From: an uncultured Chloroflexia bacterium
GTDB lineage: Bacteria; Chloroflexota; Limnocylindria; Limnocylindrales; CSP1-4
DNA: 64,000 bases
Direction: 5' to 3'
Assembly (NCBI GenBank): GCA_963749705.1
Contig: CAVVNQ010000006.1
Coordinates: 160,001 to 224,000, forward strand
The position numbers and the translations under genes are program-made. Below the pieces are notes generated by a model that was not told the DNA's origin, did no database searches, and saw only the letters and a program-made list of their open reading frames with translations. Within the stretch, counting starts at the first letter, position 1, and each line of letters starts with the position of its first letter. Positions 28,845-39,035 of this stretch are shown here, in pieces.

Positions 28845-30165
28845 GTGACGACGATCCACCGGTCCCCCAGGTCGGGCGCTCGCGCGGCTTCCTCGTGGCT
28901 GGACGTGTTCCGCCACGAGCGCCTGCCGTCGTGGGCGCTGGTGCGCCATGAGATGGACCGCACCGAGATCGACGACATCGACGCGGCCGTGAACGCAGCG
29001 ATGGGCCCGGTCCGCGATCGCCTGCCGCGCGGCGGCCGCGCGTGCGTCGCGCTCGGAAGCCGTGGGATCGACCAGATCGACGAGGTCGCCCGCGCCACCG
29101 TGGGCGCGCTCCGTGCCGCCGGCCTCGAGGTGTTTGCCGTGCCCGCGATGGGCAGCCATGGGGGCGCGACCGCGGACGGTCAGCGCGGCGGTGCTCGCAT
29201 CGCTGGGGATCCGCGAGGACACCATCGGCTGCGAGATCCGCTCGAGCATGGAGACCGTGGAGATCGGCGACGTCCACGGCGTGCCCGTGTTCGTGGATCG
29301 CGAGGCGCTCTCGGGCGCCGACGTGATCATCCCGATCAACCGGGTGAAGCCCCACACGGACTTCTCGGGACCCATCGAGAGCGGGCTGCTCAAGATGATC
29401 GCGATCGGCCTCGGCAAGCAGCGCGGTGCCGACACGTTCCATCGCGAAGGGTTCTCGACGTTCGCGGAGCTGATCCCCGCGGTCGCCGCCCACACGCTCG
29501 CCGCGGCACCGATCCCGTTCGGCCTGGCGCTGATCGAGAACGGCTTCGCGCGCCTCCGGCGGATCGAGGCAGTCCCGGCTGCCGGCATGTACGAGCGCGA
29601 GCAGGCGCTGCTCGCCGAGGCCGACGGGTACCTCGCGCGGCTGCCGATCGCGGCTCTCGACGTGCTGATCCTGGACCGGATCGGCAAGGACGTCAGCGGG
29701 CTGGGCATGGACTCCAACGTCGTGGGGCGCTACTACACGGGCCCGACCGGGCGGGACCCGCTCATCCAGCGGATCGTCGTGCGCGACCTGACCGATGCAA
29801 CCGAGGGCAACGCCGTGGGCATCGGGATGGCCGACGTCGTGCTCCGGCGGGCCGTCGACCGCATGGACGCCGCCAAGACGTACATGAACTGCGTCACGGC
29901 CAAGACACCCGAGGGCGGGCGCATGGCGCTGACGGTTGACACCGACGGGGAGGCACTGGACGTGGCAATCGCGTGCTGCCTCAAGGTGCAGGCGGAGATC
30001 GCGCGGATCGTCCGCATGCTGGACACGAAGCACCTGGAGTGGTTCTACGCGTCTGAGCCGCTGGTCGACGAGCTGCTGGCGACCGGGGCCTGCGAGCTGG
30101 CCGGCCCGTTGACGCCGATTAGATTCGACGCTGCCGGACGGTTCACGGATGCGCTGCCGATCTGA
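28845..30165 (+). CDS. Lactate-racemase-domain (LarA-like/DUF362-like) protein, +1 frameshift near 29187
   Basis: GSRGI, PAMGSHGGATADGQ then shifted VLASLGI, INRVKPHTDF, ESGLLKMIAIGLGKQRGA, GKDVSGLGMD, GNAVGIG. Confidence 0.8.
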
Positions 30166-30249
30166 TGGCCCGCGGGCAACGAGCGACATCCGGACGGCGA
30201 GCCGCGCCCGGCCGCCGAGCGGGACCACCCGCTCCCTCGACCCCTTGCC
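30166..30249. repeat. 84-bp direct copy of an integrase-2 internal segment (14557-14640)
   Basis: TGGCCCGCGGGCAACG...CCCCTTGCC, one mismatch by manual alignment. Confidence 0.9.
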
Positions 30250-30252
30250 TAT

Positions 30253-30640
30253 GGCGCGATTACAGGCGGCGGTGAAGTGGTAGGATCGGCCTCGGGCACC
30301 GTGTTCGTGAATGTGGCACCTCCCACACCGAGGCAGCACTGCTTGAAGCGTGAACTCTCCACTATGGCGCCGACGTCCCCGGCGGCGGGGCGCTTGTGCT
30401 GCAACGCGGGGATTTCATTGCCAATGACCAGCACCAGTTCGTTCAGTTCCTTAAGTTGAGCGGCCTCGCCTCCATCACTCTCGGAATCGATGGCGCTTCA
30501 CAGCACGTGTCTTTCGGCACTTCACTTTACACGTCCGAAACACTGACCGTTCAAAATTGGTCTTCGGACCCGACCAGCAACACCATCTACTTTGTCTCGA
30601 CACCCGACCAGGAGTTTCCCGACACCATATTTTTTGAGGG
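30253..30640 (+). pseudogene. Fragment of an autotransporter beta-strand-repeat-like surface protein
   Basis: GAITGGGEVVGSASGTVFV and LKLSGLASITLG..VSFGTS..TLTVQNW..IYF; lower GC, broken frames. Confidence 0.4.
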
Positions 30641-31729
30641 ATGCGCACCGTGGATGTCTCGTTGAATGCGCCGGGGCAGGAAGCCACTGCCGGACGTCAG
30701 GAGGCGGCAACCAACCGCCTAAGAGAGGTGGCCGCGGAAATCTCCGCGCGCGCCCTCCAAGACATCCACACTCTCGAAGACATGCAACGTGCCCGTCCTG
30801 AACTGCGCCGTCAGTTGCTCGACATGTTGGGACTTGATCCATTGCCGGAGCGGACACCGATGCAGGTCAAGATCACCGGCACATTGGACCGGCCACTCTA
30901 CCGGATTGAGAAGATCGTCTTCCAGAGCCTGCCCGGCCTCTACGTGACCGGCAACTTCTATGTCCCCAGCGATGCGACTCAACCGTTGCCAACAATTCTG
31001 TATCTCTGCGGGCATAGACCGGATCCGCTGGGCGCCAAGGTTGGTTACCAGGACCGGGCGGCGTGGTTTGCCGCCCACGGTTTTGCCTGCCTAATTCTCG
31101 ACACGCTCGAATTCGGCGAAGTGGCTGGCATCCACCACGGACTGCATGATTTGAACATGTGGCACTGGCTCTCGCTGGGATACACGCCGGCGGGAACGGA
31201 AGTCTGGAACGCAATCCGGGCGCTGGATTACCTCGAGACGCGCCCGGAAGTGGATGCGGCCCGAATTGGACTGACCGGCATCTCCGGCGGCGGTGGGATT
31301 ACCTGGTACACGGCCGCGGTGGATGACCGGGTCGCTGCGGCGGCACCGGTGTGCTCGACGATCACGTTCGGTACTCAGGCGAAACACTGGCGCGCCTTCG
31401 GGCAATGTGACTGCATCTACTATCACAACACCTATCAAATGGATTTCCCGGTGGTCGGCGCACTGATCGCGCCGCGGCCCCTGCTGATCCTGAGCGGCCG
31501 CCAGGACCCGGACTTCCCGCCCGACGGTTACCACGAAGTCTTCCGGCGGGCGAAGCGAGTCTTTGATCTGCAGGCCGGTGGAGATTCGGATCGCATCCGT
31601 GAAGTGGACGATGAGGTGGGCCACACCGACGCGCCGTTGTTCCTGCGGGAAGCGAGACAGTGGATGTGGCGCTGGTTGAAAGAGCGGCGGGGAACCCTTC
31701 CCGGAGGACGAGTTCGTGGCGCCTCGTGA
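30641..31729 (+). CDS. Acetylxylan esterase/dienelactone hydrolase-like protein, N-terminal part
   Basis: IEKIVFQSLPGLYVTGN, LYLCGH, RALDYLETRPEVD, GISGGG, GQCDC. Confidence 0.8.
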   Translation: MRTVDVSLNAPGQEATAGRQEAATNRLREVAAEISARALQDIHTLEDMQRARPELRRQLLDMLGLDPLPERTPMQVKITGTLDRPLYRIEKIVFQSLPGLYVTGNFYVPSDATQPLPTILYLCGHRPDPLGAKVGYQDRAAWFAAHGFACLILDTLEFGEVAGIHHGLHDLNMWHWLSLGYTPAGTEVWNAIRALDYLETRPEVDAARIGLTGISGGGGITWYTAAVDDRVAAAAPVCSTITFGTQAKHWRAFGQCDCIYYHNTYQMDFPVVGALIAPRPLLILSGRQDPDFPPDGYHEVFRRAKRVFDLQAGGDSDRIREVDDEVGHTDAPLFLREARQWMWRWLKERRGTLPGGRVRGAS

Positions 31730-32660
31730 AGAGTCGACGGATCTGGCGTGCCTGACCGAGCTGCCGTCCGACGCGATCAACTACAGCATTCACAATCAGC
31801 TCATCCCGCACGTGGAACCCACGATACCCAAATCACTGGCGTCGTGGCAGGTGCGTCGTGGCGAGCTCGTCGAGCAGCTGAAGGGAAGAGTCTTTCGCTG
31901 GTTTCGGTGGGAGCCCGTTCCATTTGCGACCGAGGCCTCCGACAACGGCGCCGGTTGGACGACCAGTTACGCCGACTACGAGGAAGTGACATTTCAAACG
32001 GAACCCGGCGTGCGCGTCCGCGCGCGCCTGCTTACCCCGAAGGATCGTTCCACGAAGACACCGCTGGTCGTTTACGTCAAGCGGCCGGGCGACTCCTCCT
32101 ATTTCATGGACATGGATGAACTGCTGCCGCTGCTGGGCCGCTGCTCGGTGTTGATCCTGAACCCTCGCTTCACGGAGGAGATGATGAGTCCGGTCGAATA
32201 TGCGGACATCCAGATGACGTCGGCGTGGACCGGGCGAACGATCGGCACCCAGCAGGTCTGGGACATCCTGCGGGCCGTCGATTGGGCCGTGGCAGAAAAG
32301 GGATTCGCTGGTGCTGCCATCTCCGTCTTCGGCAAGGATGACATGGGGATCCTTGGACTGTATGCCGCGATAATGGATCATCGGATCAGCCAGGTGGTTC
32401 TGAGCAATCCCCCGGGTTCGCATTGGGACGGGCCGGCGTTGCTGAATGTGCTGCGGGTCACCGACGTCGCCGAAGTGGCGGGGGCGCTGGCCCCGCGGCG
32501 GCTGACATTCTTGAATCGGCCGCCGCCGGAGTTCGATTTGGCGAAACGGATCTACACGCTGCAGGGTGCCGCTGATCAGTTCGTGCGGGCGGACAGTCTG
32601 GCTGATGCTCTGGAAGTCTGGAAGTTGCCGCTGTCGATCGGTGCCGCGGCGCAGCCATGA
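31716..32660 (+). CDS. C-terminal part of the same hydrolase family (probably split by a frameshift)
   Basis: Overlaps previous ORF; GRTIGTQQVWDILRA, PALLNVLRVTDV second hydrolase-like domain. Confidence 0.65.
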   Translation: MAPREESTDLACLTELPSDAINYSIHNQLIPHVEPTIPKSLASWQVRRGELVEQLKGRVFRWFRWEPVPFATEASDNGAGWTTSYADYEEVTFQTEPGVRVRARLLTPKDRSTKTPLVVYVKRPGDSSYFMDMDELLPLLGRCSVLILNPRFTEEMMSPVEYADIQMTSAWTGRTIGTQQVWDILRAVDWAVAEKGFAGAAISVFGKDDMGILGLYAAIMDHRISQVVLSNPPGSHWDGPALLNVLRVTDVAEVAGALAPRRLTFLNRPPPEFDLAKRIYTLQGAADQFVRADSLADALEVWKLPLSIGAAAQP

Positions 32661-32962
32661 ATGCCCGTTGCGCTGAAATTCCGTGGACCGCCACCCGGAG
32701 GGCCGAGTTACACGGGGCGCCAATTGTCGGGTGCTAGGAACTTGTGACGGTATTTCGTGACTCACAGAACTCGTCCCTCCGATCGATCCGGCACATGGCT
32801 TCAGTTCACGTCTGGATTCTGGAGACGAGGCGGCCGGAGTTGAGGGTTCTGGAGTCGACGCGCGAGGCGCGGTGCTCGGCCCAAGTTGACCCGTCAAGCC
32901 CCGCTCTTGGAGATTGCCGCTGGCGAGGCGGCGGTGTGTGCGCTGGCGGGAGCGGCTAGAGC

Positions 32963-33742
32963 ATGTCCGTCCAGGTCGCCGTCGTCCAGCAGGATGGCAA
33001 TCCTGGTCAGGTCGATGTCAATCGAGACAAGGCGCTCGGGTTCGCCCGTGAGGCTCTCCGTGAAGGAGCCGACATCATCGTCTTTCCCGAAGAGATGCTC
33101 ATCGGCTACGTCGAGAACCTGCGCGAGCTCGCCGAACCGGTCAATGGTCCGACGACCCTGGCCTTTGCGAAGCTACTGGCCGGCTCATCGACCCTTGTGC
33201 TCTACGGACTCACCGAGCGCGACGACGATCGCTTCTACATTGCGGCCACACTCGTCGGAGCTGGCGGCGTCGTGGCCAACTATCGAAAGACTCACCTGTG
33301 GTGGAAGGCGTCTGGACTCCGTCATGAGCCGACCTTCTATACACCAGGTGAACACTTGGTCACCTTCGATCTTGGTGGCTACAAAGCAGGGATCATGATC
33401 TGCTACGACGGTGATTTTCCCGAGATGACCCGAGCCTATGCGAACCGTGGCTGCGAGATGCTTGTCTGGCCCAACAACCGTGGCGACCGTGGCCATGCCG
33501 AAGTCAAGCCACTCGCCGTGGCCAACTCCATGATCATCGCTGCCTCATGCGTCAATGGTCCTGATGAGACCGGCGAGATCTGTCGCGGTGGCAGCAACAT
33601 CACCTCTTACGACGGCACGCTTCTCGCTGAGATCTGGGACGCCGAGGGTGTCATCTATGCCGAGGTGCACCCAGAAGAGGTGGCCGAACATCGCCGGCAG
33701 AACCCATCGATCAGCGGGCGGAGGCCTGAGTTGTATGGGTAG
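32963..33742 (+). CDS. Carbon-nitrogen hydrolase (nitrilase superfamily)
   Basis: FPEE, YRKTHL, ICYDGDFPE (E-K-C triad). Confidence 0.92.
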   Translation: MSVQVAVVQQDGNPGQVDVNRDKALGFAREALREGADIIVFPEEMLIGYVENLRELAEPVNGPTTLAFAKLLAGSSTLVLYGLTERDDDRFYIAATLVGAGGVVANYRKTHLWWKASGLRHEPTFYTPGEHLVTFDLGGYKAGIMICYDGDFPEMTRAYANRGCEMLVWPNNRGDRGHAEVKPLAVANSMIIAASCVNGPDETGEICRGGSNITSYDGTLLAEIWDAEGVIYAEVHPEEVAEHRRQNPSISGRRPELYG

Positions 33743-33774
33743 GGGTCAAGACCGCCGACCGCGGCCGTGGCGCA

Positions 33775-34575
33775 TCAGAAGCGGTTGAATCGCCAACCGC
33801 CGTCGATCGGAATGGTCGTCCCCGTTACCATCGCGAGGGCCGGACTGCAGAGGAGCCCGATCAGTTCCGCGACCTCGGCGCGAGTCACCAGGCGCCCGGC
33901 AGGCGTATGGGCAATGGCCCGTGACACGAAGGTAGGATCGAAGGCTTCGATGTCGACGGCGCTCTCGGCAATCTGGCCGGGCGCCACCGCGTTGACGGTG
34001 ATCTCCGGCCCTAGCTCGACAGCCAGTTCCTCCGTGAGTTGAATCATCGCGTTCTTCGCCAGCCCGTAGATCGAGTGGTTGCGCAGATAGGCGCTGCCAG
34101 CCGACAGGTTGACGATCCGGCCCCATCCCGCGGCGCGCATGCCCGGCGCCACCAGCTGTGTGGCCAACCACGCCGCCCGCACGTTGCTGTCCCAGATTCG
34201 GTCCCACTCGGACTCGGGTAGCTCGGCAAAGGGCTGCATCGAGAAGGGTCCGCTGTTGTTCACGAGGACGTCGATCCGACCTCCGAGTCGGTCGGTCGCC
34301 TCGTCGACGAGACGACGGACACTGTCACCCGTGCTGACGTCGCAACGGACTGCCACATGCTCGGCCCCCGTCCGGTGCCGGAGCTCGGCGACGAGCGCAG
34401 CAGCGACCTCGCCCGATCGATGGTAGTTGACAGCGACCGTGGCGCCCAGTACGGCGAGACGCTCGATCACGCTGGCTCCGAGGTTCCGGGACGAGCTTGT
34501 CACGAGTGCCGTCCTGCCGGCCAGGAACCGATCAGCCGTCATTGACATCGCCTCACTTTCGTGTCCGCTCGTCAT
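33775..34575 (-). CDS. SDR family oxidoreductase
   Basis: IDVLVNNSG, YGLAK, VNAVAPG, TGTTIPIDGG; atypical TSSSRNLG nucleotide loop. Confidence 0.88.
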   Translation of the reverse strand: MTSGHESEAMSMTADRFLAGRTALVTSSSRNLGASVIERLAVLGATVAVNYHRSGEVAAALVAELRHRTGAEHVAVRCDVSTGDSVRRLVDEATDRLGGRIDVLVNNSGPFSMQPFAELPESEWDRIWDSNVRAAWLATQLVAPGMRAAGWGRIVNLSAGSAYLRNHSIYGLAKNAMIQLTEELAVELGPEITVNAVAPGQIAESAVDIEAFDPTFVSRAIAHTPAGRLVTRAEVAELIGLLCSPALAMVTGTTIPIDGGWRFNRF

Positions 34576-34665
34576 CCCAACCTGGGCAGGATCTCCCGCG
34601 CGGCGAGTTCCACGCGATCCGTGGCTCGGGCGGCAGCGAGCCGCGAGCCGCCGGCTCCGGCGTCG

Positions 34666-34980
34666 CTACTCGATCACCTCGCCGAAGACCGCGATCGACT
34701 CCCCAACGAACGACGACCACTCCCGGATGAATGCCTCAGTCGCCGGGCCGCCGTCGAGTTCCGCCCGATACGCCGCGACGTCAGTGACCTCCACGACCTC
34801 GAGGTAACCGTACGGCGGCGGGTCGCCATCGAGCGTTCCGTGGAGCCTAGTCACGACGTACCTGCGGATGCTCTTGAGGCTGCGCGCGAACGGGTAGTCC
34901 ACCTCCCGGATCCAGCGTTCGTAGTCGGCCGCCGCCGTTCCTTCGCGGAGCCGGTTGAGAAAGAAGACGCGCTCAGCCAT
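34666..34980 (-). CDS. RedY/HapK-like small dimeric alpha-beta barrel protein
   Basis: LREGTAAADYERWIREVDY...PPYGYLEVVEV pattern; overlaps the Mo-subunit stop. Confidence 0.65.
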   Translation of the reverse strand: MAERVFFLNRLREGTAAADYERWIREVDYPFARSLKSIRRYVVTRLHGTLDGDPPPYGYLEVVEVTDVAAYRAELDGGPATEAFIREWSSFVGESIAVFGEVIE

Positions 34981-37303
34981 GGCCCATCTCCCGCCCTCCC
35001 AGCTCGCCCGCTCGATCGCCGCCGAGCGCCTCGAGGACGCGCTCGGCGGTCAGCGGCAGCCGCTGGATCCGCACCCCCGTCGCATCGGCGACGGCGTTGG
35101 CGAGCACTGCCCCGGCGGGTATGACCGATGGCTCCCCGACACCCTTCGCCCCGTACGGGCCCTCGTTCGAGCCGGCCTCGACGAACAGTGCCTCGATGTT
35201 GGGCACGTCCATCGACGTGGGCATCTTGTAGTCCGTCAGATTCGGGTTACGGACGATCCCGCCCTCGTACACGATCTCCTCGCTCAGGGCGTAGCCGATC
35301 CCCTGGGTGACACCGCCACGCGTCTGGCCGTTGATGCCCTCGGGGTTGATCGCCCGGCCGACATCGTGCGTCGCCACGTACCGTTGTAGTCGGACCTCTC
35401 CCGTCACCGGATCGACCTCGACCTCGGCCGCGTGGCAGTAGAAGGTCGGCTCGCTGAATGCTGGGTAGAGCATCCCGTGGATGGTCGAGTCGTCGAACTC
35501 CGTCGGCGTTGCCAGGAAGCTGCCGCGACCGGTGATGTAGCCGCCCTTCCAGAGCGAGGCGAGCCCGACTTCCGCGAGCGTCATGCCTCGGTCGTGGTGG
35601 CTGCTGAGCTGAGCTCGTCCATCGACGAGCTCCAGCTCGGCCGCATCGCAACCGAGCTCGGCAGCGACGAACTCGAGGATCTGCTTCTTGCAGTCCTGGG
35701 CGGCGAGACGGGCGGCACTGCCCACGTTGTAGAGCGTACGGCTGCCCTGTGCCCCGAAGTCGTAGGGGGTGGCGTCCGTGTCCGAGGTTACGAGCACCAG
35801 GTCGCTCATCGACACGCCCATCTCCTCGGCGAGGATCTGGGCGACGCCGGCCTGGACGGCACCGGTCCCGATCTCGGTTGCGCCTGTGATCAGACCGATC
35901 GTGCCGTCCTCGTTCAGCTTGACGTAGGCGCTCGCAGAGCCCGTCGTCGTCGTCCACCAGCCGCAGGCAAGCCCCATCCCACGCCCCGGGCGACGGTCCC
36001 GGTCCCTGTAGCCAATCTGCTCGACCGTCGCCTTCATCGCTGCCTCGAGCCCGACATGCTGCAGCACCTGGCCGCTCGGCCCGAGATCGCCGTTGCGGAC
36101 GATGTTCTGTAGCCGGAAGTCGAGCGGATCGATCCCGAGCGCGCCAGCGACGATGTCCATCTGGGACTCGACACCGAACAGCGGCTGGGGACCGCCCGGC
36201 CCCCGGTATGCCCCGGCGTTGCAGCGGTTCGTGTAGACGGCATAGCCGTGCAGGTCGACGTTGTCGATCCGGTACGGTCCAGCAGCCATGAGAGTCGCCA
36301 CCGATGCGATCACGCAGGAATCGCCGCCATAGGCCCCGGCGTTCAGATAGACGTTTGTCCGGCGCGCGACGATCGCGCCGTCGTTCATGACGCCCGTCTT
36401 GACCGTGACCCGGGCGGCCATTCGCGGAGCGGCCGCGATCATCTCCTCCTCCCGGGTCCAGATGAGCCGAACCGGACGGCCCGTGGCCAGGGCCAAGAGG
36501 GCGATGAAGTGCTCGCACCCCAGGTCCAGCTTGCCGCCGAATCCACCGCCGATGAGCGTGCTGCGGACACGGACCTTGTTGAGCGGCAGCTCCAAGACCT
36601 TTGCCAGGGTGGCGCGCAGGTTGAACGGGTTCTGCGTCGAACTCGACACCGTCACCCGCCCGGCCGAGTCGACCCAGGCGACGCCAGCGCGCGGCTCGAT
36701 GTAGCCCTGGTGGACCGAGTGGGTGATGAACGTATGCTCGAAGATGCGGTCGGCGCGCGCGAACCCCGCCACAATGTCGCCCCGGGTGATCTGAGCGTGG
36801 GCCGCCACGTTTCCATCGCGGCGCAGCGAGGGGTGGGCCCCGTACGAGGACCACTCCGGGTGGACCAGCGGTGCTCCCTCGGCAAGCGCCTCTTCGATGT
36901 CGTTGAGGACGGGCAGTGGCTCGTACTCGACATCGATCAGCTTGAGCGCGTCCTGCGCGATCTGCTCGCTCGTGGCCGCAACGGCAGCGATCGCCTCGCC
37001 GTGGTAACGGACGCGATCACGCGCGAAGACGATCTCGTCCTCGACGGCTCCACCGTAGCGAACATCCGGGATCTCGGCGGCTGTGATGACTGCCCGGACG
37101 CCCGGCAGGGTCCGGGCGCGAGAGACATCGAGCCGGCGGATGAGCGCGTGCGGCACGGTGCTTCGGAAGATCCGCGCGTAGAGCATTCCCTGGATCTGCT
37201 GGTCGCCGCCGTAGAGGCCCTTTCCGGTCACCTTCTCGGTCGCGTCGAGGCGGATCGCGTTCGTCCCGATGAGGCTCGCCCGCTTTCGGGTCGCGATCGT
37301 CAT
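34973..37303 (-). CDS. Xanthine dehydrogenase family molybdopterin-binding subunit
   Basis: EKVTG, GGGFGGK, AYRGPG, GQTRGGVTQGIG, GAKGVGE. Confidence 0.93.
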   Translation of the reverse strand: MTIATRKRASLIGTNAIRLDATEKVTGKGLYGGDQQIQGMLYARIFRSTVPHALIRRLDVSRARTLPGVRAVITAAEIPDVRYGGAVEDEIVFARDRVRYHGEAIAAVAATSEQIAQDALKLIDVEYEPLPVLNDIEEALAEGAPLVHPEWSSYGAHPSLRRDGNVAAHAQITRGDIVAGFARADRIFEHTFITHSVHQGYIEPRAGVAWVDSAGRVTVSSSTQNPFNLRATLAKVLELPLNKVRVRSTLIGGGFGGKLDLGCEHFIALLALATGRPVRLIWTREEEMIAAAPRMAARVTVKTGVMNDGAIVARRTNVYLNAGAYGGDSCVIASVATLMAAGPYRIDNVDLHGYAVYTNRCNAGAYRGPGGPQPLFGVESQMDIVAGALGIDPLDFRLQNIVRNGDLGPSGQVLQHVGLEAAMKATVEQIGYRDRDRRPGRGMGLACGWWTTTTGSASAYVKLNEDGTIGLITGATEIGTGAVQAGVAQILAEEMGVSMSDLVLVTSDTDATPYDFGAQGSRTLYNVGSAARLAAQDCKKQILEFVAAELGCDAAELELVDGRAQLSSHHDRGMTLAEVGLASLWKGGYITGRGSFLATPTEFDDSTIHGMLYPAFSEPTFYCHAAEVEVDPVTGEVRLQRYVATHDVGRAINPEGINGQTRGGVTQGIGYALSEEIVYEGGIVRNPNLTDYKMPTSMDVPNIEALFVEAGSNEGPYGAKGVGEPSVIPAGAVLANAVADATGVRIQRLPLTAERVLEALGGDRAGELGGREMGHG

Positions 37304-37779
37304 CGTGCCGCCTCCATCGTCCGCGCTGCGTCGAGGATCGACTGGACAATCGTCGTGTAACCCGTGCAGCGACACAGGTTGCCGGCGATGGCCTCGCGCA
37401 CGTCAGTCTCCGTCGGGCTCGAGTTGACGCCCAGCAGGGCCACAGCCGACATGATCATCCCGGGGGTGCAGATGCCGCACTGGGCTCCGTTGCCCCTGGC
37501 GAAGGCTGCCTGGACGGGATGGAGCTGCCCACCCGGGGTGGTCAAGCCCTCGATCGTCGTCACATTGCGACCGGCGGCCGTGGCTGCCAGGACGAGGCAC
37601 GAGTCGACGGCTCGGCCGTCGACGAGCACGGTGCAGGCTCCGCACTCACCCTCATCGCAGCCCTCCTTGGTGCCCGTCAACTGGAGGCGTTCACGGAGGA
37701 CCCACAGGAGGCTGTCGTCCGGGTCGATCTCGATGGTGGTCGGCTCACCGTTGACGCTCAGGGAAAGCGAATGGCTCAT
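37300..37779 (-). CDS. (2Fe-2S)-binding subunit (CoxS/XdhC-like)
   Basis: GCDEGECGACT, QCGICTPG, GNLCRCTGY. Confidence 0.95.
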   Translation of the reverse strand: MSHSLSLSVNGEPTTIEIDPDDSLLWVLRERLQLTGTKEGCDEGECGACTVLVDGRAVDSCLVLAATAAGRNVTTIEGLTTPGGQLHPVQAAFARGNGAQCGICTPGMIMSAVALLGVNSSPTETDVREAIAGNLCRCTGYTTIVQSILDAARTMEAAR

Positions 37780-38663
37780 GATGCGTGCTCCTCGTTCTCG
37801 CCGGCCGCGCGACGACGACACGCAGCTGCGGCCCGGGCAACCAACGACGTGATGATCCGGCTTCGGTAGGCCGCACTCGCACGGATGTCGTCGATCGGGC
37901 TCGAGGCGGCAGCAGCCAGCCGACCGGCCTCGGCCAGGGTCGACATGTCGAGCCGGGTTCCCACGAGCCGACGCTCGGCCTCCGCGGCTCGGAATGGACG
38001 CGGTGCTGCCGCACAGATCGCAATTCGTGCATCGAGTACCGTCTCGAGCCGTTGGTCGAAGGTCAACCGCATCGCCATCCCGACGATGGCGATCTCCATC
38101 GCCCGGCGGCGACCGACCTTCAGGTAGGCCTCCCCGGTCGCGTCAGCGGCTCGTGGGAACTGGACGGAGGTCAGCAGCTCGTCCGATCGGCGCTGCGTCG
38201 CACGTCGGCCGAGGAAGAAGTCCGCGAGGGGCAGGGTCCGCTCGCCCTTCCGGTCGTGAAGCGTCACGGTCGCGTCGGCAACGAGGAGCGTCGGTGGCAG
38301 GTCGGCGGCTGGCGAGGCGTTGCAGATGTTGCCCCCGATCGTGCCGACGTTCTGGGTCTGCCAGCCGCCCACCTGGGCGGCTGCATCGACCAGACCCGGC
38401 ACCTCGCGACGAAGGACGGGGTTCGTGGCGAGGTCCCGATGCGGAGTCAGTGCCCCGATGCGGATCGTGCCGTCGGCGCTCACGCCGCGGAGCTCGTCGT
38501 CGAGGCCGCCGATGAAGATCACGTGCTCGGGTGCGATCTCGCCGCGCAGGTACTGGACCATGACATCGGTGCCGCCGGCAAGGATCTGCGTGCCGCTGCC
38601 CAGGCTGCCGAGCAGCTCGAGGGCCTCCCCGACCGACGAGGGCGTGTGGCATGTGAAGCTCAT
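37776..38663 (-). CDS. FAD-binding subunit (CoxM/XdhB-like)
   Basis: LAGGTD, GTIGGNICNASPAAD, PIDDIRAS. Confidence 0.93.
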   Translation of the reverse strand: MSFTCHTPSSVGEALELLGSLGSGTQILAGGTDVMVQYLRGEIAPEHVIFIGGLDDELRGVSADGTIRIGALTPHRDLATNPVLRREVPGLVDAAAQVGGWQTQNVGTIGGNICNASPAADLPPTLLVADATVTLHDRKGERTLPLADFFLGRRATQRRSDELLTSVQFPRAADATGEAYLKVGRRRAMEIAIVGMAMRLTFDQRLETVLDARIAICAAAPRPFRAAEAERRLVGTRLDMSTLAEAGRLAAAASSPIDDIRASAAYRSRIITSLVARAAAACRRRAAGENEEHAS

Positions 38664-38699
38664 CTACGTTCCTCCTTGCCCAGCTACCGTGGCTGTCGC

Positions 38700-39035
38700 A
38701 CCGCCACCGGTCACCGCCGGCTTGAGGTTCGGTCGGCGATCCAGAAACGCTCAGCCAGGGCCATCGGTCATGGCGTCGGGCGCCTCCCCGGCGAGCAGCG
38801 TGTGCCGTCGTCGTCGCCCGGGTTCCAGGACCGGATTGCCGGGATCGGCTCACAGATATACAGATGCAGTCCCTGCTCTCGTTGCTCACCTCACTGGTTC
38901 GGGGCAACCGTGGAAGGGCCCGCTCGGGCCCGCAAGTTCCTCTGCGTCCTGGTGGTCGAGCGCCAGGAGGCGGTCAATCGATTTCGTGTTGCACGCGCTG
39001 ACGAGCTCTCGGACGATCGGCTTCGGGTCATTCAT
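38700..39035 (-). pseudogene. Possible degenerate SnoaL/NTF2-like gene remnant
   Basis: MNDPKPIVRELVSACNTKSIDRLLAL..DAE starts overlapping the IclR stop; premature stop at 38886. Confidence 0.35.

Noticed and set aside
34973-37303. Aerobic CO dehydrogenase CoxL
   Set aside because: Active-site loop is AYRGPG, not AYxCSFR (form I) or AYRGAGR (form II); no cox accessory genes
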